64,000 nucleotides of DNA. Source: an uncultured virus (IMG/VR IMGVR_UViG_3300034374_009246) (taxonomy: Duplodnaviria; Heunggongvirae; Uroviricota; Caudoviricetes). Under the pieces are notes generated by a model, which was not told the origin of the DNA, made no database searches, and saw only the letters and a list, made by a program, of their open reading frames with translations. A program made the translations under genes and the position numbers. Below are positions 29,298 through 39,699 of this stretch, in pieces; within the stretch, counting starts at the first letter, position 1, and the number at the start of each line of letters is the position of its first letter. The DNA is taken from the IMG/VR virus record IMGVR_UViG_3300034374_009246; one strand, given 5' to 3'.

Positions 29298-30929
29298 TTA
29301 GAAGGACCCTCCTGTAATTGGGTTTCTCATCACAATCTTAAGAACCTTGGTAGGATCTTTTACCCAGATTGCTGGCATACATTGAGTCATATAAACTCTA
29401 TATCCATTAAACTGGCCTGAAGATTGGAATCCTTGAGTTCTACCCATATAATCCATTGTTCCATTTTGATACCACCATTTCAATTGGTTATCCCAAGAAA
29501 GTTTTAATAGGTAAATATTATCATTTGTGTTATCAGTAACATCAAAAATAATAAAGCTATAAGAACTTAGAGGATGCCCATCAATAATTGGATTCTCAAT
29601 GTCATTAGTATGAACGTTATCAAATGCAGGGTTAATTACAAATTGAACATTTGCAAGGAATGGAATCACATAACTAGTGAATGCAAATCCAAAGCCTAGA
29701 TTCATACCTTTTCTAGTTACAGCTCCTACTCCATATTTTTCAGAACCTTCAATTGTAAATAGCGAAGTAGAACCAGCTTCTCTTGCAATAGCTTCATTAA
29801 CCATTCTCATACCTCCCATACCTGTTTGAACAATAATTGTTCTTTTTGGATCTGGACCAGTAAAGTCAACTTTACCTGCATAGAAGTTATAAAGTTCTGC
29901 ACGGAATAATTCAAGATCAAAGCTAGACTTGTTATATACTCTTTTGAAAGAGTTATCAAGCTGCTTCCAAAGACCCACAGACAATCTAACATCATCTGGA
30001 CCATCTTGCTTAATTCTACCACCGTGTCCCCACATTAGGTAAGTTTCAATATCCGTAGCAATTTTAGTTAAGTGAGCAGCTTCTAAAGAAGTAAGGAAAG
30101 ATCTAGAAAGATCACCGTTTGCAACAGCTCTTTTTACATAGTCTTTACCCATTTTGCTTACTAGATCTTCAATAGTAGAAATAGAAGGATCAACGCTTTT
30201 ATCAAAGTTTCTCCAAATTTCTGTTACAGGAACTGTACCATCAGCATTAAGACCACCTTTGATAGCCATATCTGCTCTTGAAGAGATAGAGTAGTGTACG
30301 TGAGCTTCAGCTCCACCCACATAGTTATAGAATTCTCTAAAACCAGATTTAGTTTGGATGTCAGAGAATCTTTCACCATACTCACCTCTTGCAGAACCTT
30401 TACGGAAATATTTAGTTCCTGGAGTTAAGAATTGATTTTCTAGATACTTGTAATTGTCATTGTTTACAACCTGAACAGTATACAAGAAACCGTCTCCTAG
30501 AGGAAGAATATCTTCTTCTGAAGAGATTAAAAGTTCCACACCATTGTATTTATCATAAGTGATGATATCACCATGACCAAATTCTCTAGTGTTTAACTTA
30601 ATCTTGAATAGTTGCCCATCCACCCCTTTGTTTTCATTAAGAGGTTCAACGTCATCAACAACATAAGGTAGATCTTGAGAAATAGGTGTTTGCCATTTCC
30701 ATTCACCACGAATGTTGTCAACTTCAATTACATTTTTCCCACCAAAGCTAGACATTTGATAAAGAGGCATTTCTACTTTTTGAGTCATTGCCCAGATATC
30801 AACTGGCCCCATATCAGTAGGTTCTGCATCTCTCAACATGTTAGCTAAGTGGTAACTGTCTACATGTGAACTTGCTTGATAAGAAGTATCCCTTAAAAAG
30901 AGTCCATTGTTAAAACTTGGTGTTGCCAT
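29298..30929 (-). CDS. Major capsid protein (crAss-like)
   Basis: 543 aa; terL-portal-acidic protein-MCP order; IETYLMWGHG..GLWKQL..VQTGMGG motifs; followed by a terminator. Confidence 0.8.
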   Translation of the reverse strand: MATPSFNNGLFLRDTSYQASSHVDSYHLANMLRDAEPTDMGPVDIWAMTQKVEMPLYQMSSFGGKNVIEVDNIRGEWKWQTPISQDLPYVVDDVEPLNENKGVDGQLFKIKLNTREFGHGDIITYDKYNGVELLISSEEDILPLGDGFLYTVQVVNNDNYKYLENQFLTPGTKYFRKGSARGEYGERFSDIQTKSGFREFYNYVGGAEAHVHYSISSRADMAIKGGLNADGTVPVTEIWRNFDKSVDPSISTIEDLVSKMGKDYVKRAVANGDLSRSFLTSLEAAHLTKIATDIETYLMWGHGGRIKQDGPDDVRLSVGLWKQLDNSFKRVYNKSSFDLELFRAELYNFYAGKVDFTGPDPKRTIIVQTGMGGMRMVNEAIAREAGSTSLFTIEGSEKYGVGAVTRKGMNLGFGFAFTSYVIPFLANVQFVINPAFDNVHTNDIENPIIDGHPLSSYSFIIFDVTDNTNDNIYLLKLSWDNQLKWWYQNGTMDYMGRTQGFQSSGQFNGYRVYMTQCMPAIWVKDPTKVLKIVMRNPITGGSF

Positions 30930-30974
30930 TTGTTGAGTTTTTAAAAAAATTACTAATTATTGTTTAATCTTTAA

Positions 30975-32228
30975 TTACCTGCCAAAAAAGTTTCTTTTTG
31001 GTCTGTTAATTGTATTTCTTTTTGGCGGTGTTCTTTTAGCATCAGGTTGCGCAGAAGTTGTTTGATTTGTAGTAGTTCTTGTTGACTGCTCTGTTTTCAA
31101 ACTTCTTACAACTTTAGCTTGTTCTTCTTGTGAACCAACACCTTTTACTTGAGATTTATAACCTTGAGGATCTGCTAAAAGCCACAAAGCTTCAGCTATA
31201 AGACCGTGATTAGGCTCTACCCATTGGTATTTTTCTAATAAATGACCAAGTAAATTTGTTTGCTTACCATTAATAGAAGGATAATTAGATTGAACTAATC
31301 CAGAATACAACATGTTTTGAACTCTGTTATCTATTTTAAGATCTCCTAATGTTCCTGGTTCTAATGCATGATAAACACTTTCTATATATTTTTGAGACTG
31401 TTCTGCTCTAAGAGCAGCTTGTCTTTCTTGTTCTGCTAGCTTTTGATTAACAATCTGCTGTTGCATAGCATCTAACTTAGGCTTAAACTGTCTTGCTTTC
31501 TTTTCTAGTTCTCCTCTATCTTCTAATGAATATATCTCATCTTCAATTTCTTCAGGAGTACCATAGTTAGTAGCAGATAAATAAGCTCTAATAGCATATT
31601 TTTGATGTTCTTCTTTAGATACATCAAGTTCTTTCATTTCATTAGAAGAAGCTAACGCACCAAATAAAGCTTTAAGATCTGTACCACCATTGGCAATATA
31701 TTGATAAGCCTGTTGCATTTCTTCAGGCATATTACCAAAAAATTCTTGAGGCATTACGGTTTGAAGATTATTCTGTACTTGTTCTAAGTTAGCTGCAATA
31801 AGCTCTTCAAAATCTTCAGTAGTGTACTCTTCAATTTTTTTGTCATCATCAAAAGGAAGCAGCAAACCTTTATCAATTAAATTTTTAGTAGCAGATACCA
31901 TAGCTGTTGGTCTACCACCTTTATTTACAGGTTCTTCTACTTCAATTTCTTCTGGTTGTTTTAGAGTAGTATCAATTTCTTCTTGAGTATAAGCCTCTTG
32001 TTTAGAAATATCTTCAGATTCTTTTACAACTTCTTCTTTGTCAAGGTTTAAAAAAGACATGTCTTGCTCTATAGGAGCAAAAAGTGTTTTCTTATCCTCT
32101 GTTTTTTCTTTTACTTGTGTGTTTTCATCAGCTAGCATAATAGAATCATTACCTGTACCTAAGATATCATCCAGGTCAATGTCTACTTTACTTACACTAG
32201 TTGTTTCTTGTGTTTCACTCATAATCAA
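30975..32228 (-). CDS. Acidic helical protein between portal and capsid genes (putative scaffold/assembly protein)
   Basis: D/E-rich N-terminus, coiled coils, basic C-terminal tip; conserved position in crAss-like phages. Confidence 0.6.
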   Translation of the reverse strand: MIMSETQETTSVSKVDIDLDDILGTGNDSIMLADENTQVKEKTEDKKTLFAPIEQDMSFLNLDKEEVVKESEDISKQEAYTQEEIDTTLKQPEEIEVEEPVNKGGRPTAMVSATKNLIDKGLLLPFDDDKKIEEYTTEDFEELIAANLEQVQNNLQTVMPQEFFGNMPEEMQQAYQYIANGGTDLKALFGALASSNEMKELDVSKEEHQKYAIRAYLSATNYGTPEEIEDEIYSLEDRGELEKKARQFKPKLDAMQQQIVNQKLAEQERQAALRAEQSQKYIESVYHALEPGTLGDLKIDNRVQNMLYSGLVQSNYPSINGKQTNLLGHLLEKYQWVEPNHGLIAEALWLLADPQGYKSQVKGVGSQEEQAKVVRSLKTEQSTRTTTNQTTSAQPDAKRTPPKRNTINRPKRNFFGR

Positions 32229-32367
32229 AAATTTTTGTTGGTTTTATATAACTGACATATATATTGTCTATAAATAATATACACAATTCTAAGAAAAATA
32301 AATATAATAAGTTTTAAAAAACTTCACGTAAAAAAAAATATTTTGCCACTATATAGCTACAATATTT

Positions 32368-35136
32368 TTAGTCTTCTTTATTTTTCTTCTTTTTTGGGAT
32401 ATCATACTGATTTTTATTTTCCCTAGCAATCTCAAGATCTTTATTTTTCATATCTCTTTTTAAAGCAAGTTCTTCTCTTTTGAGGTTGAGTTTTTCATAT
32501 TGCTCATTGCGTCTATCACTTGCTTTTTCTCTTTGCAAGTTTATAGTTTCTTGATATTGCTCAGTCTTTTTAAGCTTTTCAATATTATCTATAAAATCAG
32601 ATTGTTGATTTTGATTTAAATCTTGCATTGCTCCATAACCAGAAGCTCTAATTTCAGCAACAAGAATATCTTTTCTGCGTTCTTTTTCAGCTTCTCTTTC
32701 TTTAAAGTCAAGCTCCATAGCTTTTTGTTTTTCAGCTTGTTGAGCTTGCATTTCCATCATTTGTTGTTCATGCTGTCTTTGCTCTTGAGCTTTTTGCATA
32801 CCTTTATCTTCAATACGTTTTAAAGCTGTAGTTAAGGTAGCCATTGAGTCAGACTGAATTATTTCTCCTAAATCATATATACTAGCTCCTGTAGTATTAT
32901 TGCTAGCAGCTAATTGTTTCATTTGCTCAAGTATTTTTCTATGATTAGCTTTTGTTGAGCAATAAACATTTATATCTCTTAGTAAAAGATCTGTACCATT
33001 AATTTCAAAATTTACTCTTTCATCATTGCTAGTCATGTGCTGTAATCTAACAGAAGGTTTTGTTGAATGATAAAATTGAGCTAAATCTGTACGCATTTCA
33101 TGAACTCTAGGCATTAAATAGTCTGAATGCTCTATAAAATACATTTCTGTTTGCGCATAAGATCCAGATACAGCTTGTTCAATACCAGTAGCAGTTTCTG
33201 TTTGACCTATTTGTTGTCCAAGTCTTTGTGGATTAACACCTACAACTTCAAAAGCTTGTTGTTTAAAAAATTGAGCTAACTGAATTCTAGACATTAATCT
33301 ACCTGTCTGAGATAAATCAAGTTGTTGAAAATGCTGGAAATTTAGTGCATTTTCTGTATTAGTAATAGACGTATCTAGCGGAAGCATACTAAAGTCTTTC
33401 ATAGCTACGTATGCTTTAGCTAAATTACCTTTACCCCAATCTTCTCCTAAAGAATGTTTTGGTAAAGTATTTTGATCTATCATAACTACTGTACCTATTT
33501 CATCAACAAGTATATCTGCTATCTGATTATTTACAATGTTATAACCAATCTGAAAAGGCTTCATCATATCCACTAATGATGTAGACCTAGTATTTCTGTC
33601 TGAAAAAATCTTACCTTCTACAGGAAGCTTACAACCATATAAAGTATTTTCTCCTTTAAATTGATATTTTAATGGCGCTATATGATTTTGATTAATACCT
33701 AAGTATATAGGATTTATTCCGTTTGTTTCTGCTCCTAAAAATGTAGGTGCATTAGGGCCTATTTTTACACCGCCCCAAACTTGATTTATCCAAATCCACT
33801 CTATATGCTCACCAAAAACAAGCGTAGAAGTATTTTTATTCTTTATAAGTTCATTATTATAGATGGGTTTGTCTGTTATAGTATATTCCTCACTTACAAT
33901 ATCTGTAGTTACAGCACCTGTCTCATCTATTTTAGTAAGGTGTCCTACTTTACGTTGTGATTTCCAATAAGCTGTGGTTACACGCATCATGTTGGTAACC
34001 CACTCAGTTCCATAATCTTCACTCTCTCCAAGAACCCAACTTACTATATCAGAACCATTATTAATAAAGTTATCTCTCATAGACGTTAATTGTCTATAAT
34101 TTAGTGATGGAGAGCCTACATTCCAATCATAAGATTTAGTAGCATCATAATATGTACCATCATTTTGATAACCTGTAATAGGATAACCCGCAGCACTAAT
34201 AGGATAATATTGTTGTAATGAAGCTAACTGTTCTTCATTCATTAACCATCCATAATGATCTATTACATCAGGGACAGTCATCATATCAAGTTTTCCAACC
34301 CAATTACCATCAGATATATATCTGCAGTTAGGTGATTTATTATAGAATGTTAGTACTGGATTCCAAACTTCAGGTATGTAATCATCTTCTAACATCTTAA
34401 AATGCCAAAATTCTCTATCAGTAATAAGAGAATCTCTAAAAGCCATTTCTTCTAACTCATCCATTCTAAATCTTTGCTCATCAATGATCATCTGTTTAGA
34501 AGCCCATTTTTCAGCTATAACTTCATAGTCTTTAGAAAAGAATTCATTAATCTCAGGTAGTGTTTTTATATTATCTAAACTAAGTTGTTCTTGCATCATT
34601 TTAGCAACTTCAGGATCTTGAGGATCCATTCCTTGCTCTATCATTTTGCTTAATAACTTTAGCTCAGCTTGTTTTACTAGAGCACTTTCTATTTCTGCTC
34701 TTTTAGCTTCCATTATTTCATTATGAGTAAACTCATCAACAGCTCTAAAAGATACTCTACTATTTCTTTTTGCAAATTCAGCAACTAATGTATTTATTAC
34801 ATTAGGTATAATTGGATAGAACTTTAAATCTAATGCTGGAGCTTCATCATCAATAGCTAATTGATCAACAATCTCTAGCATTTCATTATCTTCTTCTACA
34901 ATATAATCTGTTTTATCTATAAGACCTTTTGCTAACTTATAGTTTTTCATGAGTCTTCTAGCATTTCTTCTAATCTGTTTAATACCATTCCACTCTAACC
35001 AGTCCATGTTCCATGCACACCAGTCTGTGTCTTTTTCTTTTTTAGGAATAAACTGTAAAGGTTGTGACACTGCCCACAACCTTTTAGTTTCAGCTTTTTT
35101 TCCTTTCTTTAAATCAAGAGCGTTATATATTTTCAT
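32368..35136 (-). CDS. Portal protein
   Basis: 922 aa; YPIIPNVINTLVAE, SLVDMMKPFQIGYNIVNNQI, GVNPQRLGQ..ETATG, C-terminal coiled coil; directly after the terminase. Confidence 0.85.
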   Translation of the reverse strand: MKIYNALDLKKGKKAETKRLWAVSQPLQFIPKKEKDTDWCAWNMDWLEWNGIKQIRRNARRLMKNYKLAKGLIDKTDYIVEEDNEMLEIVDQLAIDDEAPALDLKFYPIIPNVINTLVAEFAKRNSRVSFRAVDEFTHNEIMEAKRAEIESALVKQAELKLLSKMIEQGMDPQDPEVAKMMQEQLSLDNIKTLPEINEFFSKDYEVIAEKWASKQMIIDEQRFRMDELEEMAFRDSLITDREFWHFKMLEDDYIPEVWNPVLTFYNKSPNCRYISDGNWVGKLDMMTVPDVIDHYGWLMNEEQLASLQQYYPISAAGYPITGYQNDGTYYDATKSYDWNVGSPSLNYRQLTSMRDNFINNGSDIVSWVLGESEDYGTEWVTNMMRVTTAYWKSQRKVGHLTKIDETGAVTTDIVSEEYTITDKPIYNNELIKNKNTSTLVFGEHIEWIWINQVWGGVKIGPNAPTFLGAETNGINPIYLGINQNHIAPLKYQFKGENTLYGCKLPVEGKIFSDRNTRSTSLVDMMKPFQIGYNIVNNQIADILVDEIGTVVMIDQNTLPKHSLGEDWGKGNLAKAYVAMKDFSMLPLDTSITNTENALNFQHFQQLDLSQTGRLMSRIQLAQFFKQQAFEVVGVNPQRLGQQIGQTETATGIEQAVSGSYAQTEMYFIEHSDYLMPRVHEMRTDLAQFYHSTKPSVRLQHMTSNDERVNFEINGTDLLLRDINVYCSTKANHRKILEQMKQLAASNNTTGASIYDLGEIIQSDSMATLTTALKRIEDKGMQKAQEQRQHEQQMMEMQAQQAEKQKAMELDFKEREAEKERRKDILVAEIRASGYGAMQDLNQNQQSDFIDNIEKLKKTEQYQETINLQREKASDRRNEQYEKLNLKREELALKRDMKNKDLEIARENKNQYDIPKKKKNKED

Positions 35137-37337
35137 TAACGTAGTCTTTTATAAGGGGACCTCTTTTTTTTGAAGTTTAAGTTAGACTTTTTTCTACCTA
35201 AATTTCTAAAAGGGGTACTCTTTAATTTATACAAATTTTGTGAATTTTCCAATTTATTTGGAATCTCATTTTCAATCCTAACTTTAGTCTTTCTGTTAGA
35301 ATCTTGTATTTTAACAAAAGCTATAAGAGCTGCTAGAGATACAATACGGTCAACGTTTACACCTGGTCTGTAAGCCTGCATTTCTTTTAAAGCCATAAGA
35401 TCTGGTAATCTTCGTATACCATAATGCTTTTTTATAATAGTTCCTTCATCATCTATTTCTTCATCTATAGTTTCTTTTAGCCATTCAATTAAATGACTTA
35501 AAAGATGATTTTTAAATAAAGTCCCTGCATTTTTCCAACCGTAATCTTGATAAACAGTTTTGTTTGCTTGAGCTTCTTTTAAGAAAAGCATTTGATTTTT
35601 TGGAACCAAATAATTTTGTTTTCTTTCCTTTATCATATAAAGAATAAAAAGAGATATGTTATTTTCTACAAGAGTCCATGCATTATACCATTCTATTATA
35701 AGTCTGAGTCTTTTATGCGTTTCATTAATATCATCAAAACGTCCACACCAAGCAGCTACTATTTTATCTCCTTCTACAAAGTTTTCTATTCTATCTTCTG
35801 TATGCCGTGTAACATTTACAGCAGTTTTATAAACATAAATAGAACATAATGAATCTGACGTAGTTGTTTTACCTTCTGAAACAGGGTCAATAGAAGCATA
35901 ATAAGTTCCAAACTCAGGATCTTTATCAGGCCTTTCCCAAACTACAATAGCTCCTGTTTTATCTTCTGCATTTGTTTTAACAGGAAAATCAGTAATTGGA
36001 GCTTTAGATATTTTTTTAACTCTTAAAGAACCGTCAGGTTTTTCCTGTATATCTACTGTTTCATAAGGGTAAGCTCCTTCATTTATTTCTCTTTCTTGGT
36101 CTGCAACCAAATTTAATGGAAATACAGACTCTTCTCTAAAATCAAAAGCTTCTTTAATGTTTCTAGGATGCTGAGATATTCTTAACTGATATAAATTAGG
36201 TCTTAATTCTTTTTTCCATTTTTTAAACATGCCGTCTATTGCTTCTAAAGCTTGTTCAACTAAAGAATTACCATATTTATCAATATGTGGCGGCATACCC
36301 CATTGTTCAGGAATAAATAAGCCTGATTCTCCTCTCATGCCTGTTTCATCTATAAGATCTGTTTCTACAGCATATATATTATTTTGTTTAGGGTATAATG
36401 TAAAATCTTTTAGTGGCCCACAATCTTTTAAGTCACCCACAGATCCTGCTGCTATAAACATACCTGTAGTTATTTCTCCAGCTTGCATTGCAGGTCTTAC
36501 ATACTCATAAGTTTTATCCATACTAGGGGCAATACCCGCTTCTTCATAAAAAAAATAAGTACAAGGACCACCTACACCTTTTGTAGCAGACTGTTCAAAT
36601 GACATACCTTGCATCATACCTTTTAAACCTACATCCTTTTTCTTACCTCCTTTTGTAACCTCAATCTTTTGTTGCCAAGTAAGAACTTTACCAGGATTCA
36701 TAGGTCTATACCAAGCAGTACTCCCATTTAAAAAAGCTCTGTATTCATCTAAGAATTTCCAACTACCATTTACATTAATATAATCTTTTAAACTAGCACC
36801 TATCTTTAGTATAGGTCCTTCCTCAAACCATATTTGATTTATAAGTTTACCCATATGAAAATATGAAGAGGCTATCTGACGTTTCTTTAGAATAGAAGCA
36901 TGCTTATAATCTAGTTCTGCTAAACACTCATAAAGAGAGATATGAAGCTGTACATCCCAAACTAATGGAAAATCAAACTTCTTTTTCATTTTATCATAGA
37001 TTGGAAGAAAGTTAATCCAGAAATAATAGTCTCTTGGTAAGTACCATACCTTATTATTATTTTTAAAGAATACACCTTTCCTGGATTTTTGCTTTTCAAA
37101 ATCCCAGTATTTTACAAAATCCTTACTTCTAAAAGGAGCCATACAATATACGTCACCTTGTTTTCTGAAAAGTCTTGCTTGTTCATTAAATAACTGTGCT
37201 GTTTCATCAAACTCATATTTACCAGGCTCTTTAAAAGTAGATTTCACATACTCATATAGCTCTCTTCTTGAATTAAAACTTATTGTTGTCCATTCATTGT
37301 TTTCATAAACAGGTATATCTTCATAGATTTCACTCAT
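35136..37337 (-). CDS. terL: Terminase large subunit
   Basis: Walker A variant LKKRQIASS, Walker B FFYEEAG, RNase H-like nuclease YASIDPV, LVENN, NVDR. Confidence 0.9.
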   Translation of the reverse strand: MSEIYEDIPVYENNEWTTISFNSRRELYEYVKSTFKEPGKYEFDETAQLFNEQARLFRKQGDVYCMAPFRSKDFVKYWDFEKQKSRKGVFFKNNNKVWYLPRDYYFWINFLPIYDKMKKKFDFPLVWDVQLHISLYECLAELDYKHASILKKRQIASSYFHMGKLINQIWFEEGPILKIGASLKDYINVNGSWKFLDEYRAFLNGSTAWYRPMNPGKVLTWQQKIEVTKGGKKKDVGLKGMMQGMSFEQSATKGVGGPCTYFFYEEAGIAPSMDKTYEYVRPAMQAGEITTGMFIAAGSVGDLKDCGPLKDFTLYPKQNNIYAVETDLIDETGMRGESGLFIPEQWGMPPHIDKYGNSLVEQALEAIDGMFKKWKKELRPNLYQLRISQHPRNIKEAFDFREESVFPLNLVADQEREINEGAYPYETVDIQEKPDGSLRVKKISKAPITDFPVKTNAEDKTGAIVVWERPDKDPEFGTYYASIDPVSEGKTTTSDSLCSIYVYKTAVNVTRHTEDRIENFVEGDKIVAAWCGRFDDINETHKRLRLIIEWYNAWTLVENNISLFILYMIKERKQNYLVPKNQMLFLKEAQANKTVYQDYGWKNAGTLFKNHLLSHLIEWLKETIDEEIDDEGTIIKKHYGIRRLPDLMALKEMQAYRPGVNVDRIVSLAALIAFVKIQDSNRKTKVRIENEIPNKLENSQNLYKLKSTPFRNLGRKKSNLNFKKKRSPYKRLR

Positions 37338-37342
37338 AGTTT

Positions 37343-37855
37343 TTACATCTGATCATAACCTAATTGTTGACCTCCTCTTACATGAGATTCTTGTTCTGCT
37401 TCTAAATCTTTTGCTACGCCTTTATATGATTGACGTATAGCATCAAACTCTTTAGCTATTCTAAGCAGAGAATTTATATTACCATCTCTACCTGCTGTAA
37501 CAGCTGTAGTACTCATATACTCTGTTAAATTATCTAACATAGTTGTAATACCTTTGTATGCTCTTACTGTAGGTGTTTCATACATGCTTGTAGCTTTTTC
37601 TACTGCTGTTATTATTTCATCTTCTTCTAAACTAAAATCAATGCCTAAATCATCTATTATAACATCTTCTCTTAATTCAATTTGCATATTAAAATAAGGA
37701 TTCTCTTGACTTGGACAACACATGTAAAATATATAAGCATAAATTTTTAAAGCGTTCTCAGGATATTTTTCTTGAATAACACTTAACCATTTAATCATTT
37801 GGCAATGCTCAGTAGGCTTAACTACATTGTTTTCTATATCTAATAACTTAATCAT
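37343..37855 (-). CDS. Conserved helical protein upstream of terL (possible packaging accessory)
   Basis: Ends in VRGG; position conserved in crAss-like phages. Confidence 0.45.
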   Translation of the reverse strand: MIKLLDIENNVVKPTEHCQMIKWLSVIQEKYPENALKIYAYIFYMCCPSQENPYFNMQIELREDVIIDDLGIDFSLEEDEIITAVEKATSMYETPTVRAYKGITTMLDNLTEYMSTTAVTAGRDGNINSLLRIAKEFDAIRQSYKGVAKDLEAEQESHVRGGQQLGYDQM

Positions 37856-38672
37856 AAACTTCTGGATGTAGTTTTAAATATTTTATAATAGCGTTAACTT
37901 CCTTTTTCATATAAGGCAAATCATAAGGAATAACTTCTTTTATAATAGGATCACCTGCGGCATCTGTTGCTACTAAAGGATAACCATTATCATCAGTATC
38001 TTCTACTTCAAATAAAACATGATGTATCTGCATTATACCAGGTTTTAAAGTATGATTGTGCTTAAGTATAATATACATATAAATACTTAACTGTAGAGCA
38101 TAATGATTTAGATTACAATCACCTACATGAGATAATGGGCCTTCTAAACAAGACATTTTACCTTCCCAGTTTACATAAGCTTTAGTTTTTATTTCTTTAT
38201 TTGTTTTATAATCATAGATATTTACTTTATCTCCTACAACTTCAACTCTATCTGCTTGACCACAAATTCTTGCTGATTTTAAATAAACAAAATGTTCTGG
38301 ATATATACCTGGAGTTAGAACTTGAGCAGGTGAATGTTTTACACCGTCTTGCTCTATTGGATGTATAATAGGTAAATCAATACCGCTTCTTTGTATTGTT
38401 TCACACATTAAGAGTTCTTTTTCCCTTTGATCATGATACCAACTTCCCAAAGATACTGCTCTATGAGATTCATTTTTCCAGATTTCTTTTATCTTTTCTG
38501 GATCCATCCCATACCATTTAGATTTTTTATTTTTAGAAGATTTCAATGCAATACTATCTGCATCAAAATGTGGTTTAAAAAGAGATATTAAAGATGTAGT
38601 ACTTAACCATTTGGTATTAGGATTGTTTTTACTTTCATAAGTATGATTGTCTGCTTTAAATATTAATTCCAT
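37848..38672 (-). CDS. PD-(D/E)XK family nuclease
   Basis: GSWYH, E..ICGQAD..IYDYKTNK, HYALQLSIY motifs. Confidence 0.8.
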   Translation of the reverse strand: MELIFKADNHTYESKNNPNTKWLSTTSLISLFKPHFDADSIALKSSKNKKSKWYGMDPEKIKEIWKNESHRAVSLGSWYHDQREKELLMCETIQRSGIDLPIIHPIEQDGVKHSPAQVLTPGIYPEHFVYLKSARICGQADRVEVVGDKVNIYDYKTNKEIKTKAYVNWEGKMSCLEGPLSHVGDCNLNHYALQLSIYMYIILKHNHTLKPGIMQIHHVLFEVEDTDDNGYPLVATDAAGDPIIKEVIPYDLPYMKKEVNAIIKYLKLHPEVYD

Positions 38673-38673
38673 T

Positions 38674-38982
38674 TTACATATTATTGATTTGATTATTGAT
38701 TTGATCTTCTATTTCTTCTGTTACAACAGCATCCCATTTACCTTCAGGACAAGAAGAAGATAAAGATCTTAGCTTAAACGCTAAACTACACCCGCAACTT
38801 CCACAACAAGGATTTGTACCAGGAACTTCACAGTTTTCTCCTGTAAGATCTATCTTAGGGCAAACAGTGCAAACTAAATGTCTTTCTCTAGCTACTTCTT
38901 CTATATGTTCTTTTTTAAACAAATTATTCTTAATACCCTCAAGAATTTGTTTTTTATTGCTCCATATCTTTTTTAAATCCAT
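38674..38982 (-). CDS. Small Cys-rich zinc-binding protein
   Basis: CTVC..C..CCGSCGCSLAFKLRSLSSSCPEGKW. Confidence 0.6.
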   Translation of the reverse strand: MDLKKIWSNKKQILEGIKNNLFKKEHIEEVARERHLVCTVCPKIDLTGENCEVPGTNPCCGSCGCSLAFKLRSLSSSCPEGKWDAVVTEEIEDQINNQINNM

Positions 38983-39340
38983 CTATCTTTTTTTTATAAA
39001 ATTCCTGTTTACGTTTTATATCTTCATAAAGTAATGATTGAACATTTAAAACTTTCTCTAATTTTTCTTCTATATCTTTTTTAATTACCATCTGATTAAA
39101 TGTATCTGGTTGAATAACATTTAAGTGATTAGTATATTTCATAACAAGCTTTGGTAACTCTTTCTTTTTTATTTGAAAAGATCCTAAATTTTCAACTTGT
39201 ATATTATAAAACTCTAAATTAGAGAGTGCTTTTCTTAATTCAACATAGTAAAAATTAATAACGTCCTCTATCATAGATAGATTCATATTTAGTTTTTCAC
39301 TTGTTGGTTGTAAAAAATGTTTACTGTTCTTTGGTAACAT
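38954..39340 (-). CDS. HU/IHF-like protein
   Basis: IEDVINFYY..LRKAL..IQVENLGSFQIK matches the HU-fold pattern. Confidence 0.55.
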   Translation of the reverse strand: MLPKNSKHFLQPTSEKLNMNLSMIEDVINFYYVELRKALSNLEFYNIQVENLGSFQIKKKELPKLVMKYTNHLNVIQPDTFNQMVIKKDIEEKLEKVLNVQSLLYEDIKRKQEFYKKKIDGFKKDMEQ

Positions 39341-39689
39341 AAAACAATTTAAAATCTAAAACTATATTTCCTTTAGTCTGCACCTGTAGATCAGGACTCA
39401 AAGAGATTTTCTTTTTATTTGAGCCGTTTTTTTTAACTAATTTAATTTTACAAGCTTTACTTAAAAAATTACGTACAGTTTGAGGTGTCTTAAATATTTT
39501 TTCTTGAACAGTAGAATTACAAAATTCTGCTAACTCACATTCACCATAAGCACCTAATAAAGTCAAACAGTTAAGTTCATTACTACTTAACTGTATTTTA
39601 TTTGTAAAACAATAAGTAATGAGTTGATATTTAATAATATCTCTGTGACCCATTCTTACTTTTTTAGTCACTAAATTTGCTTCCGCCAT
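39321..39689 (-). CDS. Winged-helix DNA-binding protein (start probably MAEANL)
   Basis: LSSNELNCLTLL..TPQTVRNFLSKACKIKLVKK; the upstream extension in the ORF track overlaps the amidase gene. Confidence 0.5.
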   Translation of the reverse strand: MAEANLVTKKVRMGHRDIIKYQLITYCFTNKIQLSSNELNCLTLLGAYGECELAEFCNSTVQEKIFKTPQTVRNFLSKACKIKLVKKNGSNKKKISLSPDLQVQTKGNIVLDFKLFYVTKEQ

Positions 39690-39699
39690 AACTTTGTAT

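Noticed and set aside
32368..37337. Introns or inteins in portal/terminase
   Set aside because: Both ORFs are continuous and of expected size, with no intein-terminal or homing-endonuclease motifs noticed.
37848..38672. Cas4/CRISPR association of the PD-(D/E)XK nuclease
   Set aside because: No C-terminal Fe-S cysteine cluster and no array; this nuclease is a normal neighbour of terL in crAss-like phages.
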